Source: Marsupella aquatica (taxonomy: Eukaryota; Plantae; Marchantiophyta). From it: 64,000 nt of DNA. Shown one piece after another: positions 28,201 to 39,772 of this stretch. The DNA is taken from contig OZ316899.1 in assembly GCA_973895155.1 (NCBI GenBank), positions 6,203,241 through 6,267,240 of the forward strand. The letters are read 5' to 3'. The notes under the pieces are model-generated. The model made no database searches. It was given only the letters and a program-made list of their open reading frames with translations, and had not been told where the DNA came from. Position 1 is the stretch's first letter. The number at the start of each line of letters is the position of its first letter. The translations under genes and the position numbers were made by a program.

Positions 28201-28740
28201 ATGACATGTGGACGGTGGAGATGCAACGTCCAACGGGAATGGGAACGGGAAACAAATGCCAAATTGGGGAGAGGGAAGTGGTGGTGGTGATGAAGGGGGA
28301 CCCATGAAACCCCTTAAAGTAAAAGGAGGCCATGGTAACATCCCCTCCCCTCATAGTCGCTTTAATATACATGTAAAATCCCCCCAAAAGCATGTCTCCA
28401 AATCCCCTGAGAGAACCGTCTCTACATTGGTAAAACAGAATTTGGTGGATGTTGTCATACTTAGACAATGACATATTAGATGACTAATCCCATCCAATTT
28501 AGTCATGGCCACATATGACCCTAATTTTTTGGCAAATCAACAAATAGGGGTAAACTTGCAACACTTGGGGCCCTCACCGGACATGTTGCCTTAGGATTAA
28601 ATGACACTGCCATTGACACATGGAATGACTTGTACTATAGTCAATTGCAAATATGACATCTCACGAAACTACACAAATGACCAGAAAGTTCACTCACAAG
28701 CTTATAAATGACACAACAATTTAGAAATGACTTCAAAATA

Positions 28741-30000
28741 CCATGTGGAGTGGGTAGCGTCCCTGATGGCCGGCTAACAGCACCAATATGGCCAATCAGC
28801 CCCCCGAGGCCCCAAGAAGTCATATTGTCCCTGGTATGCAGGACTGCACTATTGACATCATGAATGACCCCTATTTGTGTCATTTGCTCATATGACATCC
28901 CCTGGCACTGCATAAATGACAAAAACGTTTAGTCAAGTGCACAAATGACTCTATATCCCTTGCAAATGACAAAATGCGAGTGGTTTGCACCCCTTTGGGC
29001 AAATGACTCCAAAGTCATACAACTTGGGAGTGTTTTGCCCAAAGTTGGGCCATGCCCTTCCATGATGCAAAATGTGTGTGTTAAAAAGTGTTGTGGAGGG
29101 CAAGTGGCATAACTAGTGGCCCAGGGTTGGTGAGTACCCTGTCGCACACCATGTGGAGTGGGTAGCATCCCTAATGGCCAGCTGCAATCACAGATATTGC
29201 GAATAAGCCCCCAAAGGCCCCAAGGAGTCATATTGTCCATGGCATGCTTGACTGCTGCATTGACATCATCAATGACTTATTTTTGTGTCATTTGCTTAAA
29301 TGACACCCCTTGGCACTCCACAAATGACAAAAACCTTTAGTCACACGCACAAATGACTCAAGATTCCTTGCAAATGACCAAATTAGAATGATTTGCACCC
29401 CTTTGGGCAAATGACTCCAAAGTCATACAACTTGGGAGTGTTTTGCCCAAAGTTGGGTGATGCCCTTCCATGATGCAAAATGTGTATTTTAAAAAGTGTT
29501 GTGGAGGCCAAGTGGCATAACTAGTGGCTCAGGGTGTACAAGTACCCCATCCCGCACCATGTGGAGTGGGTAGCATCCCTAATGGCCGGCTACGATCACG
29601 TATATTGCGAATAAGCCCCCAACGACCCCAAGGAGTCATATTGTCCATGGCATGCTTGACTGCCGCATTGACATCATCAATGACTTATTTTTGTGTCATT
29701 TGCTTAAATGACACCCCTTGGCACTCCACAAATGACAAAAACTTTTAGTCAAGTGCACAAAGGACTCAAGATCCCTTGCAAATGACCAAATTAGAATGGT
29801 TTGCACCCCTTTGGGCAAATGACTCCAAAGTCATACAACTTGGGAGTGTTTTGCCCAAAGTTGGGTGATGCCCTTCCATGATGCAGAATGTGTGTTTTAA
29901 AAAGTGTTGTGGAGGCCAAGTGGCATAACTAGTGGCTCACGGTGTACAAGTACCCCATCCCGCACCATGTGGAGTGGGTAGCATCCCTAATGGCCGGCTA
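28741..30000. repeat. 408-bp tandem repeat, ~3.1 copies, in the CACTA subterminal region
   Basis: CCATGTGGAGTGGGTAGC starts at 28741, 29149, 29557 and 29965 (period 408). Confidence 0.92.
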
Positions 30001-30452
30001 ATCATACCCTAAACCCTAAACATATACTAAACCATAAACCTCAAAATAGTCATATGTTGTTTATCATGTCATTTATAACTTTTGGTTTGAATGACTACTA
30101 ACATTTTTAAACACTGATATTTGCATATTTGATTTATTAGTCATTAGTCACCGTCGTCTGAAATGACTTCCCATATGTGAAACACTGATATGACAGAGTT
30201 TTTGTTAATTGTGTCATTCACAAATACTGTCCAAAATGACTACAACTCATGATTGTTGTCATTATAGCAGTCAAAGTCATTTGGCTCATTGGTTTAAATG
30301 ACACTATTGCAAGTATTAGTCATTTTTGCACCCCGTCATTTTGGACAATCATTTCAATGTCATTTATGTTATGTCATTTACATATTTTGTCATTTGAGCA
30401 CATAAGTCATATGTGTCATAGTCATAAAAGGCCCCATTTTCTACTAGTATAC

Positions 30453-31191
30453 CACCGGAGTGGCAGAAGACAATGATGATCAAGAGAATGAAATAGAGGA
30501 ACAAGATGAGTTGGTGGTGCAAAATCATCTGACTACTCTTCAAAAGTATTGGAGAGCAATTGAGGATGGATTCAATTACTTTGACGACAAAGATCGGCTA
30601 TGGTGGGTTCATTTTTTTGACAAACAAAAGGAAGTGATCCAACACCACCTGAAACCGGCACAATGGAGTTTTGATTGGACATGGCCCAAGGCAACCCTAC
30701 ACAGAGAACCCACGACAAATCCTAATGAAGCAGATATTGAATCTGTCTTGGTTGATAAAATAGCAGGCATAAGGACAGTCATGTATTCCGACAATAGGAA
30801 AGAAGCAATGGAAGTTGGAGACTTCAAGGATCTAGAAGTAAATACTAAATTTTCAATGATATGTGTTGCTGCCCATCAGGATCCAAAGGGGAGGCCATTA
30901 TGGATGGCAAAAGTCATTGAGATTCTCACAAAAATTGACGACGTTCTTGAGCGAGTTAAAATCATTTGGTATGCAATGGACTCGAAAGTGGAGTCTGCAA
31001 TGGAAGGCAGATATTATCCGGAGAAAGAGGCTTTGTCAAACAAAGTACTTGAGGATGAACTTTCTCTAGGAGAAACTACGGTTTATGCGTATAACTTTGC
31101 CTTGTTGGCAAATAGTACTTTCCCTATACAAACAAGACGGATCATCCAAACTGCAATGAAGGACACCATAGTAGTTGATAGTACAAGGTAG
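30453..31191 (+). pseudogene. C-terminal part of the Sola1-like transposase, resuming after the CACTA insertion
   Basis: Joining 17054 to 30453 reads ...ALKST-TGVAEDNDDQENE... in frame with ORF 30460-31191. Confidence 0.85.
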
Positions 31192-31282
31192 ATAAGAAGT
31201 CAGTTGAGTCTTTATATATACCTATGAGGATGCTTCCACGGTTCAGAATGCGTACATCTTTTTTAGTAACCTTCTTTACTCT

Positions 31283-31682
31283 GAACAAAGGTTCTTCTTG
31301 ATGGAATGCAAAGTCCGATAAATTTATCGCGTGAACAAAGGTTACAAAGGTTCTTCTTGATGGAATGCAAAGTCCAATAAATTTATTGCGTGAACAAAGG
31401 TTAAGGTGCTTCTTGATGGAATGCAAAGTCCGATAAATTTATCACATGAACAAAGGTTACAAAGGTTCTTCTTGATGGAATACAGAGTCCAATAAATTTA
31501 TCAACTGAACAAAGGTTACAATGGTTCTTCTTGATGGAATACAAAGTCCGATAAATTTATTGCATGAACAAATGTTACAAAGGTTCTTCTTGATGGAATA
31601 CAGAGTCCGATAAATTTATCGACTGAACAAAGGTTACAATGGTTCTTCTTGATGGAATGCAAAGTCCGATAAATTTATCGAC
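31283..31682. repeat. 59-bp tandem minisatellite, ~7 units, each with a CGATAAATTTATCG-type palindrome
   Basis: TTCTTCTTGATGGAAT at 31292, 31351, ~31407, 31466, 31525, 31584 and 31643. Confidence 0.93.
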
Positions 31683-31767
31683 AACTCCATTCCTCATTGA
31701 TAACAGCATGACTGAGTGTGATGCCAAGAAATCCTAACTAGCCTATTTTAATACAAGATTTATCTAA

Positions 31768-33711
31768 CTAATCTAATAACATGTCATTGAGATCATCCTC
31801 ATTTGGTATTCTGGGAGGCTCTTCCTCAGTTTCTTCTTGTTCCTCTTTGGTCTCCTTCACAACTTCAATTGTGTAAGTCAATGTCCCGAGAACACCCAAT
31901 TGGCCTCCAATTGGCGGTTGAATCTCATGACTTTCAATGCCGTGCCCTGCAATCTGGGATTCCTCAAATAAATTCCAGTTTGACTCTAGAGAAATTCTTA
32001 AGGTCAAATAATTGGTGGAAGCAATTATGCACATCTACAGTTGACAATTTGGCTTTTCTCCTTCTTCTGCCACCCACTAATCTGATCTCCCTTCAAAATT
32101 GAGGGTTAATTCTTATCAATTCTCCTATAGTGATGTTGGCTTTGACATTGTCAATATCCGCTACAATGTCATATGGTTGGGATTTTCCCAATTTCAATTT
32201 CCCTTCCTCAACTGAAGTTATCGTAGGAGTAAGTGACTTCTTGATTTCCGGTTTCACTTGTAGTTCCCAAGCCAAAATCTCCTTGACTTCTGCAGAGATG
32301 TCTGGCAAGAAATATTTGAGATCATTACGGTCATATGCTCCATCATTCTTGTGGTCCACCTCTTCTCTTTCCGCAGTGGTAGGCTGTCTGACCTTCTTCA
32401 GTTCCTTCTCCAGGGGTTTAGCCAACTTTTTCTCCTTAGATAGAGTCACTGCAAACACATTCAGTAGTCTGTCTCTCTCCCTAACTCTTTTGTTGGGTTG
32501 GCCAAGTTCCTTGTCCTTGATCAAATGAGGCACCTCAATGTCAAATACCAGGCCTTCCGGTCCACCTTCATTCATATCCGGAAATTTGAGGTCAGCAATT
32601 CCAATTTCCGGATGCAGCTTTAGACCTGAATTTGGGAGAGGTTTTTCTCTTATTTGTTCCTTTTTCTTCATGATGTCAACTTGGGGGGTAGACTCCTTCC
32701 TTGGGTCTCAATGAGTTGGAGAGGTGACCTCCACAATCCGGACATGGTCCACCTGCCCTTCCGGAAGCCACCTTTCTTCCTCATAGCACACAAGCCGAAC
32801 ATTAGATTCCGGTTTTTGTGTTTCTTTGACTGGCTCTTGTACATACCTGACCAGCATCTTTGGTTTTGGTGGCGCAGGACATTCCATAGGTAAGTGACCT
32901 TCCTTACCGCAGTTTCCACACAAAGGGGTCATCCCTTCCGGTCTCTTTGGCCACGGACATTGTGGTGAAAAATGGGACTGATCTCCACAATTCCAACATA
33001 CACCTCTTGGCAAAGTTCCTCGTGGTGGGTATCCTCCTGGTGGTGCCATAGGTGGCTTATAGACAGGTCTATTAGGTCCTCCTTGAGGTCTTACTGGTGG
33101 TCTAGGGAAGTATTGTACAGGGCCCTGAGGTTGAACTTGGTACACTGAATCTTCATACCTCTAGAACTCCGGATCACAGTCCATCTCACCCTCATAATCT
33201 TCACCTGCAATGTAATTCACTTGCTTTGAGCTAGGGCATTCATTAGGGTAATGGCCCATTTTCTTACAAACCGCGCACCACACATTGTACCTCTGTTGTT
33301 GTAAGGGCCTCCGTGGTGGGTTATTCATCGCAAGGTTTACCGCCAATCCCTTCATCTGTTTGGCAAGACCCACTCCATGATGTCTACCATCCGGATTTCA
33401 CTCCCACTCCTCTATACTTCCTTGTTGGAGTGCCTCTTTGAATCTCGGCTTCCCTTTGCTAGAATTCTCTTCATTTTTGCAATTAATCGTTTCCATTCTT
33501 TCAAAGGAAAGTGATCTTCTTCAAAATCCATGGTCTCCAATGCATGCACATACTCCACTTGGAAGGCTCTAGAAGCATTGAAGATTGTATATGGTTTGCT
33601 TCTAGAGTTTAATGAATGTTTTTCATGCTCAGATTCTTCTATGGAATCAACGTATCCATTCAAATATGCTCCTTCCATTATGCTGATTGGACCACTTCCG
33701 TCCAATACCAA
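31768..33711 (-). pseudogene. gag: Gypsy (Athila-like) gag region with three CCHC zinc knuckles; broken, pol absent
   Basis: CAVCKKMGHYPNEC (33161-33373), CWNCGDQSHFSPQC and CGNCGKEGHLPMEC (32708-33145), YDIVADIDNVKANITIGELI (32093-32671). It lies downstream of the PBS on the minus strand. Confidence 0.8.
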
Positions 33712-33843
33712 CTTGAATTGATTAGAGGCTGCTTGCTCTGAAGGCCTTCCACTCAGGAGGGGTCTCTCTTAAATGGTCTCCTTCGATTACTTCAACCTCT
33801 GCACAACTCAAATCTATCAAAGTACCTTCACTTCTCAGGTCAC

Positions 33844-33861
33844 TCCCCGGCAGCGGCGCCA
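33844..33861 (-). promoter_or_regulatory. Primer-binding site complementary to the tRNA-Asp 3' end (Athila-type)
   Basis: Minus strand reads TGGCGCCGCTGCCGGGGA, preceded by a short T-rich spacer and the LTR-terminal CA. Confidence 0.88.
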
Positions 33862-34503
33862 AAAAGCGTGTGGTAGAGTGGTCAGACCGTTAAAGAACAC
33901 TTTAACCTCTAAAGACCTGAATTCGTTCCCTGTAAGAGTGAATGAAAAGCAAATTGGTACTAAAAAGATCAAATAAGATGTTGATTTGGCATAACCTCAC
34001 CAAGGAGTTCTCTCACCTGAGGATTGATAGTAATCAATGCACAAAAACTAATAATCAAAGAAAGGCATGGAAAAGGACTAGTAAGAATGTCTTGTCAATT
34101 GACTCATGAGAAGAGATGATGGAAAATGACGATCCCTAGCAAATCAACAGGATTCTGGATTTTTAAGATTCAGAACGCAACAGAGCTCATAACATGGTCG
34201 AATTAGAATAGACATCAAACATTAACTAGAAATTGACATGGAGATCTAGCTATCAAACCAAGAATTCTTTCTGGTCAACAAATGTGACGGTACTAGAATG
34301 CTTAAATTGGTATCTTCTCACACAAAGATTTCTAGATTGTCAAATTGATATCTTCTCAATCAAATTTAGATAATTACTCATGGGAAAGGAAACATTCCAT
34401 TTTGACTACTGAAACAGCAGGAGTTCAATGCTAACTAGAATCCATATGAGTGATTCAAATCAAAATCCAACTTCAAAGTATGATGGTAAAATTTCGAAGT
34501 ATT

Positions 34504-37500
34504 TGTGGTGCGTCCCATGGCTCCCTAAACCCAAGAAACCCCCCCAGCTCAAGCCAATTCCCGCAGGTTTCGCGCTTGGCGAGGCCGTTTCCGCGGCTTA
34601 GCGGCATGGGACGCTGCTAACTTCCTTCTACTACTACTATTAACATTTTACACACATATACTGGACAGATCCTTCATCGGGTCATGAGATACGTAGCCGG
34701 CCTAATCTAGGCCTTCCCTTGTCTTCCCCTCCATCTTATTAGGTATGTTTGGATTCCGCCGCCGGAATGATCCCCAATAGGCTTGGTTAAGCCGCTAAGA
34801 CCTCTCTCAGCTCGACACATCCAACTCTCACTCCCCTGCTTACTTTCCTTCCTTCTGGTTGATGTGGGCACTCTTCACACAAGTTAATGCGACACACAAA
34901 TAGCAAAATGACTCCTTCTGACTGAGTCATACCATGCACTTGCCATACAAACAGTACATCTCATACACAAGCTCTGCGAACTAAGCCGTGAGGCCAACTC
35001 TATTCAACTCTTAGGCATGAGGAAACATGAATATACACAAGGGTCACTGTATGACTAACCGAGAGCTTCTCTTACTACTTGATCCCAGCCCGGCTGGTGC
35101 AAACTAAAAACTTGCTAAAGAAGAGGCCCTGAGCTCCCCGCTGCCCAGGTATTTATCCTGGTAGTGGATCCGCCTAATTCTTTGCAGCGTAAGCCTAATC
35201 TACCTAACAGTAATCTACTTGCCCGGATCTACCTATGTACAGCAAGGCAGGAGCACAAGTGTTGCTCCTGCCAGTGGAACCGCAATTCCACTAAGCTAAG
35301 TGTCAGGGCCGCCTCCCGGTCCTGATCCTAATCCTAAACTTGGAGATCAGCGCCCGCCCTGCCCACTCACGCCTCCTACCTCCACGTCCGCCCTTCCTAA
35401 AAGGAACGGCGCCCTTGCACCGTCACGACACCGGTGGTGGATCCTCAATGGACGCCCCCAACGCTTCCTCCTCAGCCACTGTCGTAGGTTCGTTCTCTGA
35501 CAGATTACCTGCCCTTGACTGAGTCAACTCTCCATCGGCCTGACTGGGTCTACCATCGGCATCGGCGTCGGCTCGGGAATCATTCTCGGCTACGGCCTCA
35601 GCCTCGGCCATGGTCTCCCCGGTCTGCTCAAGAGGCGGATCTGGGATACCGGCCTCATTATTGAGTAGTTCGGCTTGGGCCGCGTCATCCCCACCTTTGG
35701 TGATAGCGGAATCTATTGCCGTGTTCATGCCGGAGGTTGGTGCTGGGTCTACCTCCTTGGTCACCACGGCCAACGGAGTCGTATTACTCTTTGACCCTGA
35801 AGGTTTCTGCTTCTTCTTCTCTTCTGGTTCGGCAGCTGGTCCCTTCCCCTTCCCACTTACTTCCGGCACTAGTGCAGGTGGCGCGGCTTGTTCTTCGGCC
35901 AATACCACTCCTGGTAACTTGGTTGCCCCAATTGGAGTTGGGTCTGATGAAGACAAGCACTTAAATACTGCGGCTTGTTTCTTCAGCCGCTCTGTTTGGT
36001 TGTCGGCCCGCCGCTGTAGGTTCTCCATCTTCCTCGTGATTTCCTCCAACTCCTCCTGCACCTCGTCCAGGTCCTTGCACGCCTCCTCTAGTTCCTTCTG
36101 GGCTTCCTCCCGTTCCCTGTGGGCTTCCTCCAGTTCTTTCTTCAAGGTAGCCCTCTCCTCCCGGGTTGCTCTTAGCTCCTTGTCGAGCTCTGCAATGATG
36201 ACAGACTCCATCTGGTTCATCTTGGCGTAAGTCTGATCGAGCATCTCGTCTTTCTCCCGTAGGTCGGCCTTGAAGCTGGCCGTCAGGGACGCAAGCTCCT
36301 GCTGCAGGGCCATAATCCCTTGATAGGATTTCCCTAACTCGGCCTCCTTCTGCTCAAGGGCTCCGCGGATTTTCTCGAGCTCCCCCTTCAACGCCCATTC
36401 CTTTCTTTGGGTCTCCGCCATGGCCCGGTTGTTGGCTGTTATGTGGGCCTCCTCTGCATTCCTCAGCTCTCGCTTCTATTTCTCCCTGTCCTTGATTGCG
36501 TCGGCCAACTCTCCTTGGGTCCGCGTCAGTAGATTCTCGATCATCCGATTATCAGATTGTGCGGTATCCAACTGGCCCTGCATGATATTTAGCTCATGCC
36601 GCTTAATCCGCAGCTCATCTTGGGCTTTCTTGGCCACCCTCAGGTCCTTGATTTTGGCTTCCCTTTCCCTAAGCCGACGGATGACCTCATCCTTCTTGCT
36701 TCTTTCCAAGGCCATCGCTTCTTCTAATTGGCGCTTCTCCAACATCTCCCTCTGGAAAAAGGGTCCCTGCTCCAACTCCTCCCCAAAGATGCTGAACGCC
36801 AGTTCTCCACACATCTCCCCGTACTCCATGGCTCTGTCTTTAGCATAGGTGGAGGAAGTAGAAGTCATCGGCATCATCCACTGCGGCCTCTGCTCCCAAG
36901 CCGTCTTGCGGATCTCTTCAATCGTGGCTAGAGGTTTGCTTCCTTTTTCGGCTAGCCGCCTGATGTCCTCCGACCAATCTCCTCCTGGCAAATCCTTTTC
37001 CCTAGCCAGGGCTTCCTTCTCTTCCTGCCTGATTCGCTCCTGAAATTCCTGTGCCGTCTGTTTTATGCCGTCAAAGCTCGGGGGAGCAACATCTGGTGGG
37101 GGAGACTCAGGGCTACTCTGCTGGTTGGGGTCCCCCCGTACTACCCTTGGAAGTGTGGGGATAAACCGGCCACAGGTCCTTACTCCTGGAACGTGATGGT
37201 CCGACCCATAGCCGGAGTTATCATGGCTGCAGTCCTCCACTGCCTCCTCTACTTCTTGGACTTCCGGCTTCTCCCTCTCCTCTTCGTCGGTAGGAGCTTC
37301 AGGCAATTCTGCCTCAGATTTAGAGCTTGAGACTCCCACGTATATTCGAACACCCGACTTGGATTCTGGCCTGATTCTCTCCTTGTCTCCAGTAAAGGGG
37401 TTTTCCCTTGTAAGCCGGTGTAGGCCTACCTCTGGAGCAGTGTCCTGCATTGTTGCCGTTGCCGTTGTCGTTGCCGATGCCGATCTCTTTTCTTTCTCCA

Positions 37501-39200
37501 ATAGTTTCAGCAGATTCTGCATGCCTGGTTGTTGCATCGGCAAGTCCTCCGTCCTTGGCCTAAACACCTGCTCAATCGTAGGGCTAACAGGTGGTTGAGG
37601 CTTCTCTGCTACCGGCCTCGGTACTGGAGCTTCCTCGGGTGTCCTTACCTGCAGGGGAAGTACTGGGGCAAAGGTCTGACCTCTGGCATACCGGCACAAC
37701 AGCGGCATGTGATAGCCAAGCCGCGACACGCTCCCCATGCCGATTACTTGCTGCTCCTCCTTTAAGATCTTCTTCAATTGGTTGAGGAGGTACCCGTTGT
37801 AGTCCCGGCTTGGGTCTGGCCTCTCTGCCAGATAGACCTGTGCCTTGCCGATCTCTGCCCTCGGCAAGTTACAGTGCATTGTCACCCGCAAGAAGTCGAT
37901 CATCTCTCCTATGTGTGGGTTGGTGCAGGTGTTCCGGAAGAAGCCATTCTTTGTTGATGGCCCGGGGAACGACCGGAACTCCTTGTCAGGCAAGGTCTTC
38001 CTGGTATCAACTTTGGTCTTATTGCCTATCGGCAAGCCAAACACTTCGGCAATCACCTTGGGAGTAAGATAGAAATCCTTCCCATATATCCTCATGCAAT
38101 TGGTCTCGGGTTCCCATGACCCCACGAATTCTAATAGGTCTGAATCCGGTACCTCCGGCTTCAGCCATGGTAATCTTACAAAGGCCTCTAAGCCGGATCC
38201 GGCCATGAAGCCTTGGTACTTCTTGGTCTGCATGGCCGTAAAACATGCATCCTCCTCCCGTGCAAAATGTAGTTGCACCTCCACCGGTAGGGTTGCCGCC
38301 CAGCCTTTCCAGGTGTCATCCCTGGTTGGAATGGCATTGATGGGATCGACCTCCTCCTCTTCGGCTTCTCCCTGCCTCCTGCTCTGCTGCTCGGCTGGCT
38401 TCTTTGGTGCCGCCGACCTCGTTCTTTTTGCCGGGGTGGCTTCATCGTTGACGGCTCTCTTCCTCTTCATCTCTGCTGCCGTGGAGGTTTCTCCTAGCAC
38501 CGTTGCCGGGGTCCACCTTTCCGTGCTACCCTTCAATTCCCAGTGTATGTCATTGCAGTTCTTGATGGCCTCTCGAATGCCGATGATTCCGTTTTTACAA
38601 AACAGAAGATCGTCGAGCTGATTGGAAGTAGGAGTCCACAAGAACTCGGCGTTGATGAGTTTGCCTCCTAAGAAAGCCGTCTTCTGCAGCTCCCACAATC
38701 GAGCGAGCTCCTGCCGTTCTCAAGTTGCCCTTTTTGATTCCTCGTCCTTGTAAGTCTTGATGTACTCAGTTGCCCGTTCGAACAGGCATCCCCAGAAATG
38801 TGCCGCTTGATTGACGTTGCTCATACCCTCCTTAGGTCGATTGTCGGTATCTACTCTCTCCCCGAGTGCTTGCCTAAGCAGCTGACAGTAGTTGGCCTCC
38901 CGTAGTCGTCTGCCTAGTTCGTGCTCGCAAATGAGCCACCATCTCCTGCAAGCGCTCCTTACCCCTCTCCTCTTCCGGTCCTTCCTCCCGTTGATCCTTC
39001 CTAGCCGCCGACGCTTAACGCGCCCTAACCCTAATCGAGTTTTCACCCCCAGCGTCCTTACCTCCGGCCTCGGCCCGGGTTCCATGGTCGCCCCTAATTG
39101 TTTATATTTTCCTTGTTTTGTCCCTATACTAAGATGTTTCTAGGGTGCACTCCTGCTTTACCCACTTAACTGGCCGAGTGATTCCTGGCTAGGCATCACA
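34504..39200 (-). mobile_element. Solo-LTR-like unit, copy 1 (4,697 bp)
   Basis: TGTGGTGC...GCATCACA termini; TSD GTATT at 34499-34503 and 39201-39205; inverted near-copy of 48928-53599; no internal gag, pol or direct terminal repeats seen. Confidence 0.93.
35423..39085 (-). pseudogene. Long accessory ORF inside solo-LTR copy 1 (~1130-1220 aa: conserved domain, acidic/Pro linker, long coiled coil); 2 in-frame stops
   Basis: ORFs 38720-39085, 36476-38698 and 35423-36421 share one frame. The stops (TGA, TAG) correspond to CGA and TGG in copy 2. Confidence 0.88.
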
Positions 39201-39772
39201 GTATTAACTTCTCAACAGGAGAAGGAGTCTGCAGTTCTACTCACAACAGGTCAAGGCTCAACAGGAGCACCTGAGGAGGAGCTTCTATGCTTCCAACAGA
39301 AATTGAGAACTAAAGAAAAATGAATCTGTGTTCCTCCAAAGATACGCAAAGGAAGGATTCCAAAAGTCACAAAGTGTCATTTCCGGTTTTCGTGGAAGAA
39401 AAATTAACTGTCAATAAAAATCCGGAAATGAGAACAAAGGAAATTCCAGAAATGGATGTAAGGCAAAATCCGGATTTTGATTTCTGGTTCTACTACTAAA
39501 TCCGGATTTAGATCCTAGTCGGATCCGGAAATGCTAACTAACTAACTAAAACAACTAATCTACTAAGCATCATCAACTACATCTACTCTAATTGACTCAT
39601 GTGTAAGATCAACTGGACTAGCAGGTTTCAGAGGAGGAGATGTAACTAAACTCGCAGTAGCCTCCAAGTCCTTCAAATCAAAAGGTGTTCACGTGTTGGA
39701 CTGATAGTCAGAGGTGACACTGACGGAAAACGGAACTCAACCTTCTCAAATCCGGGTGGAGTGCCTCTTGCT

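Larger units (their letters stand above)
17055..30449 (-). mobile_element. Full-length CACTA (En/Spm) element, 13,395 bp
   Basis: Left end CACTAGTACAAAATAGGG; right end CCCCATTTTCTACTAGTA (terminal G>A); TSD TAC at 17052-17054 and 30450-30452; dense AAATGAC/GTCATTT subterminal motifs. Removing it restores the host reading frame. Confidence 0.95.

Noticed and set aside
31283-31682. CRISPR-like array of palindromic repeats
   Set aside because: Units are contiguous near-identical 59-mers with no unique spacers, there are no cas genes, and the context is eukaryotic.
33844-33861. tRNA-Asp gene
   Set aside because: Only the 18-nt 3' end matches and there is no cloverleaf; it is a retroelement PBS.
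35610-38621. Many plus-strand ORFs antisense to the solo-LTR ORF (and their mirrors in copy 2)
   Set aside because: Ser/Leu/Phe-rich shadow frames of a GC-rich Glu/Lys-rich coding strand.
34504-39200. Ginger/Polinton or other DNA transposon identity for the 4.7-kb units
   Set aside because: No integrase, polB or long TIRs; TG..CA with a 5-bp TSD fits an LTR-derived unit better.
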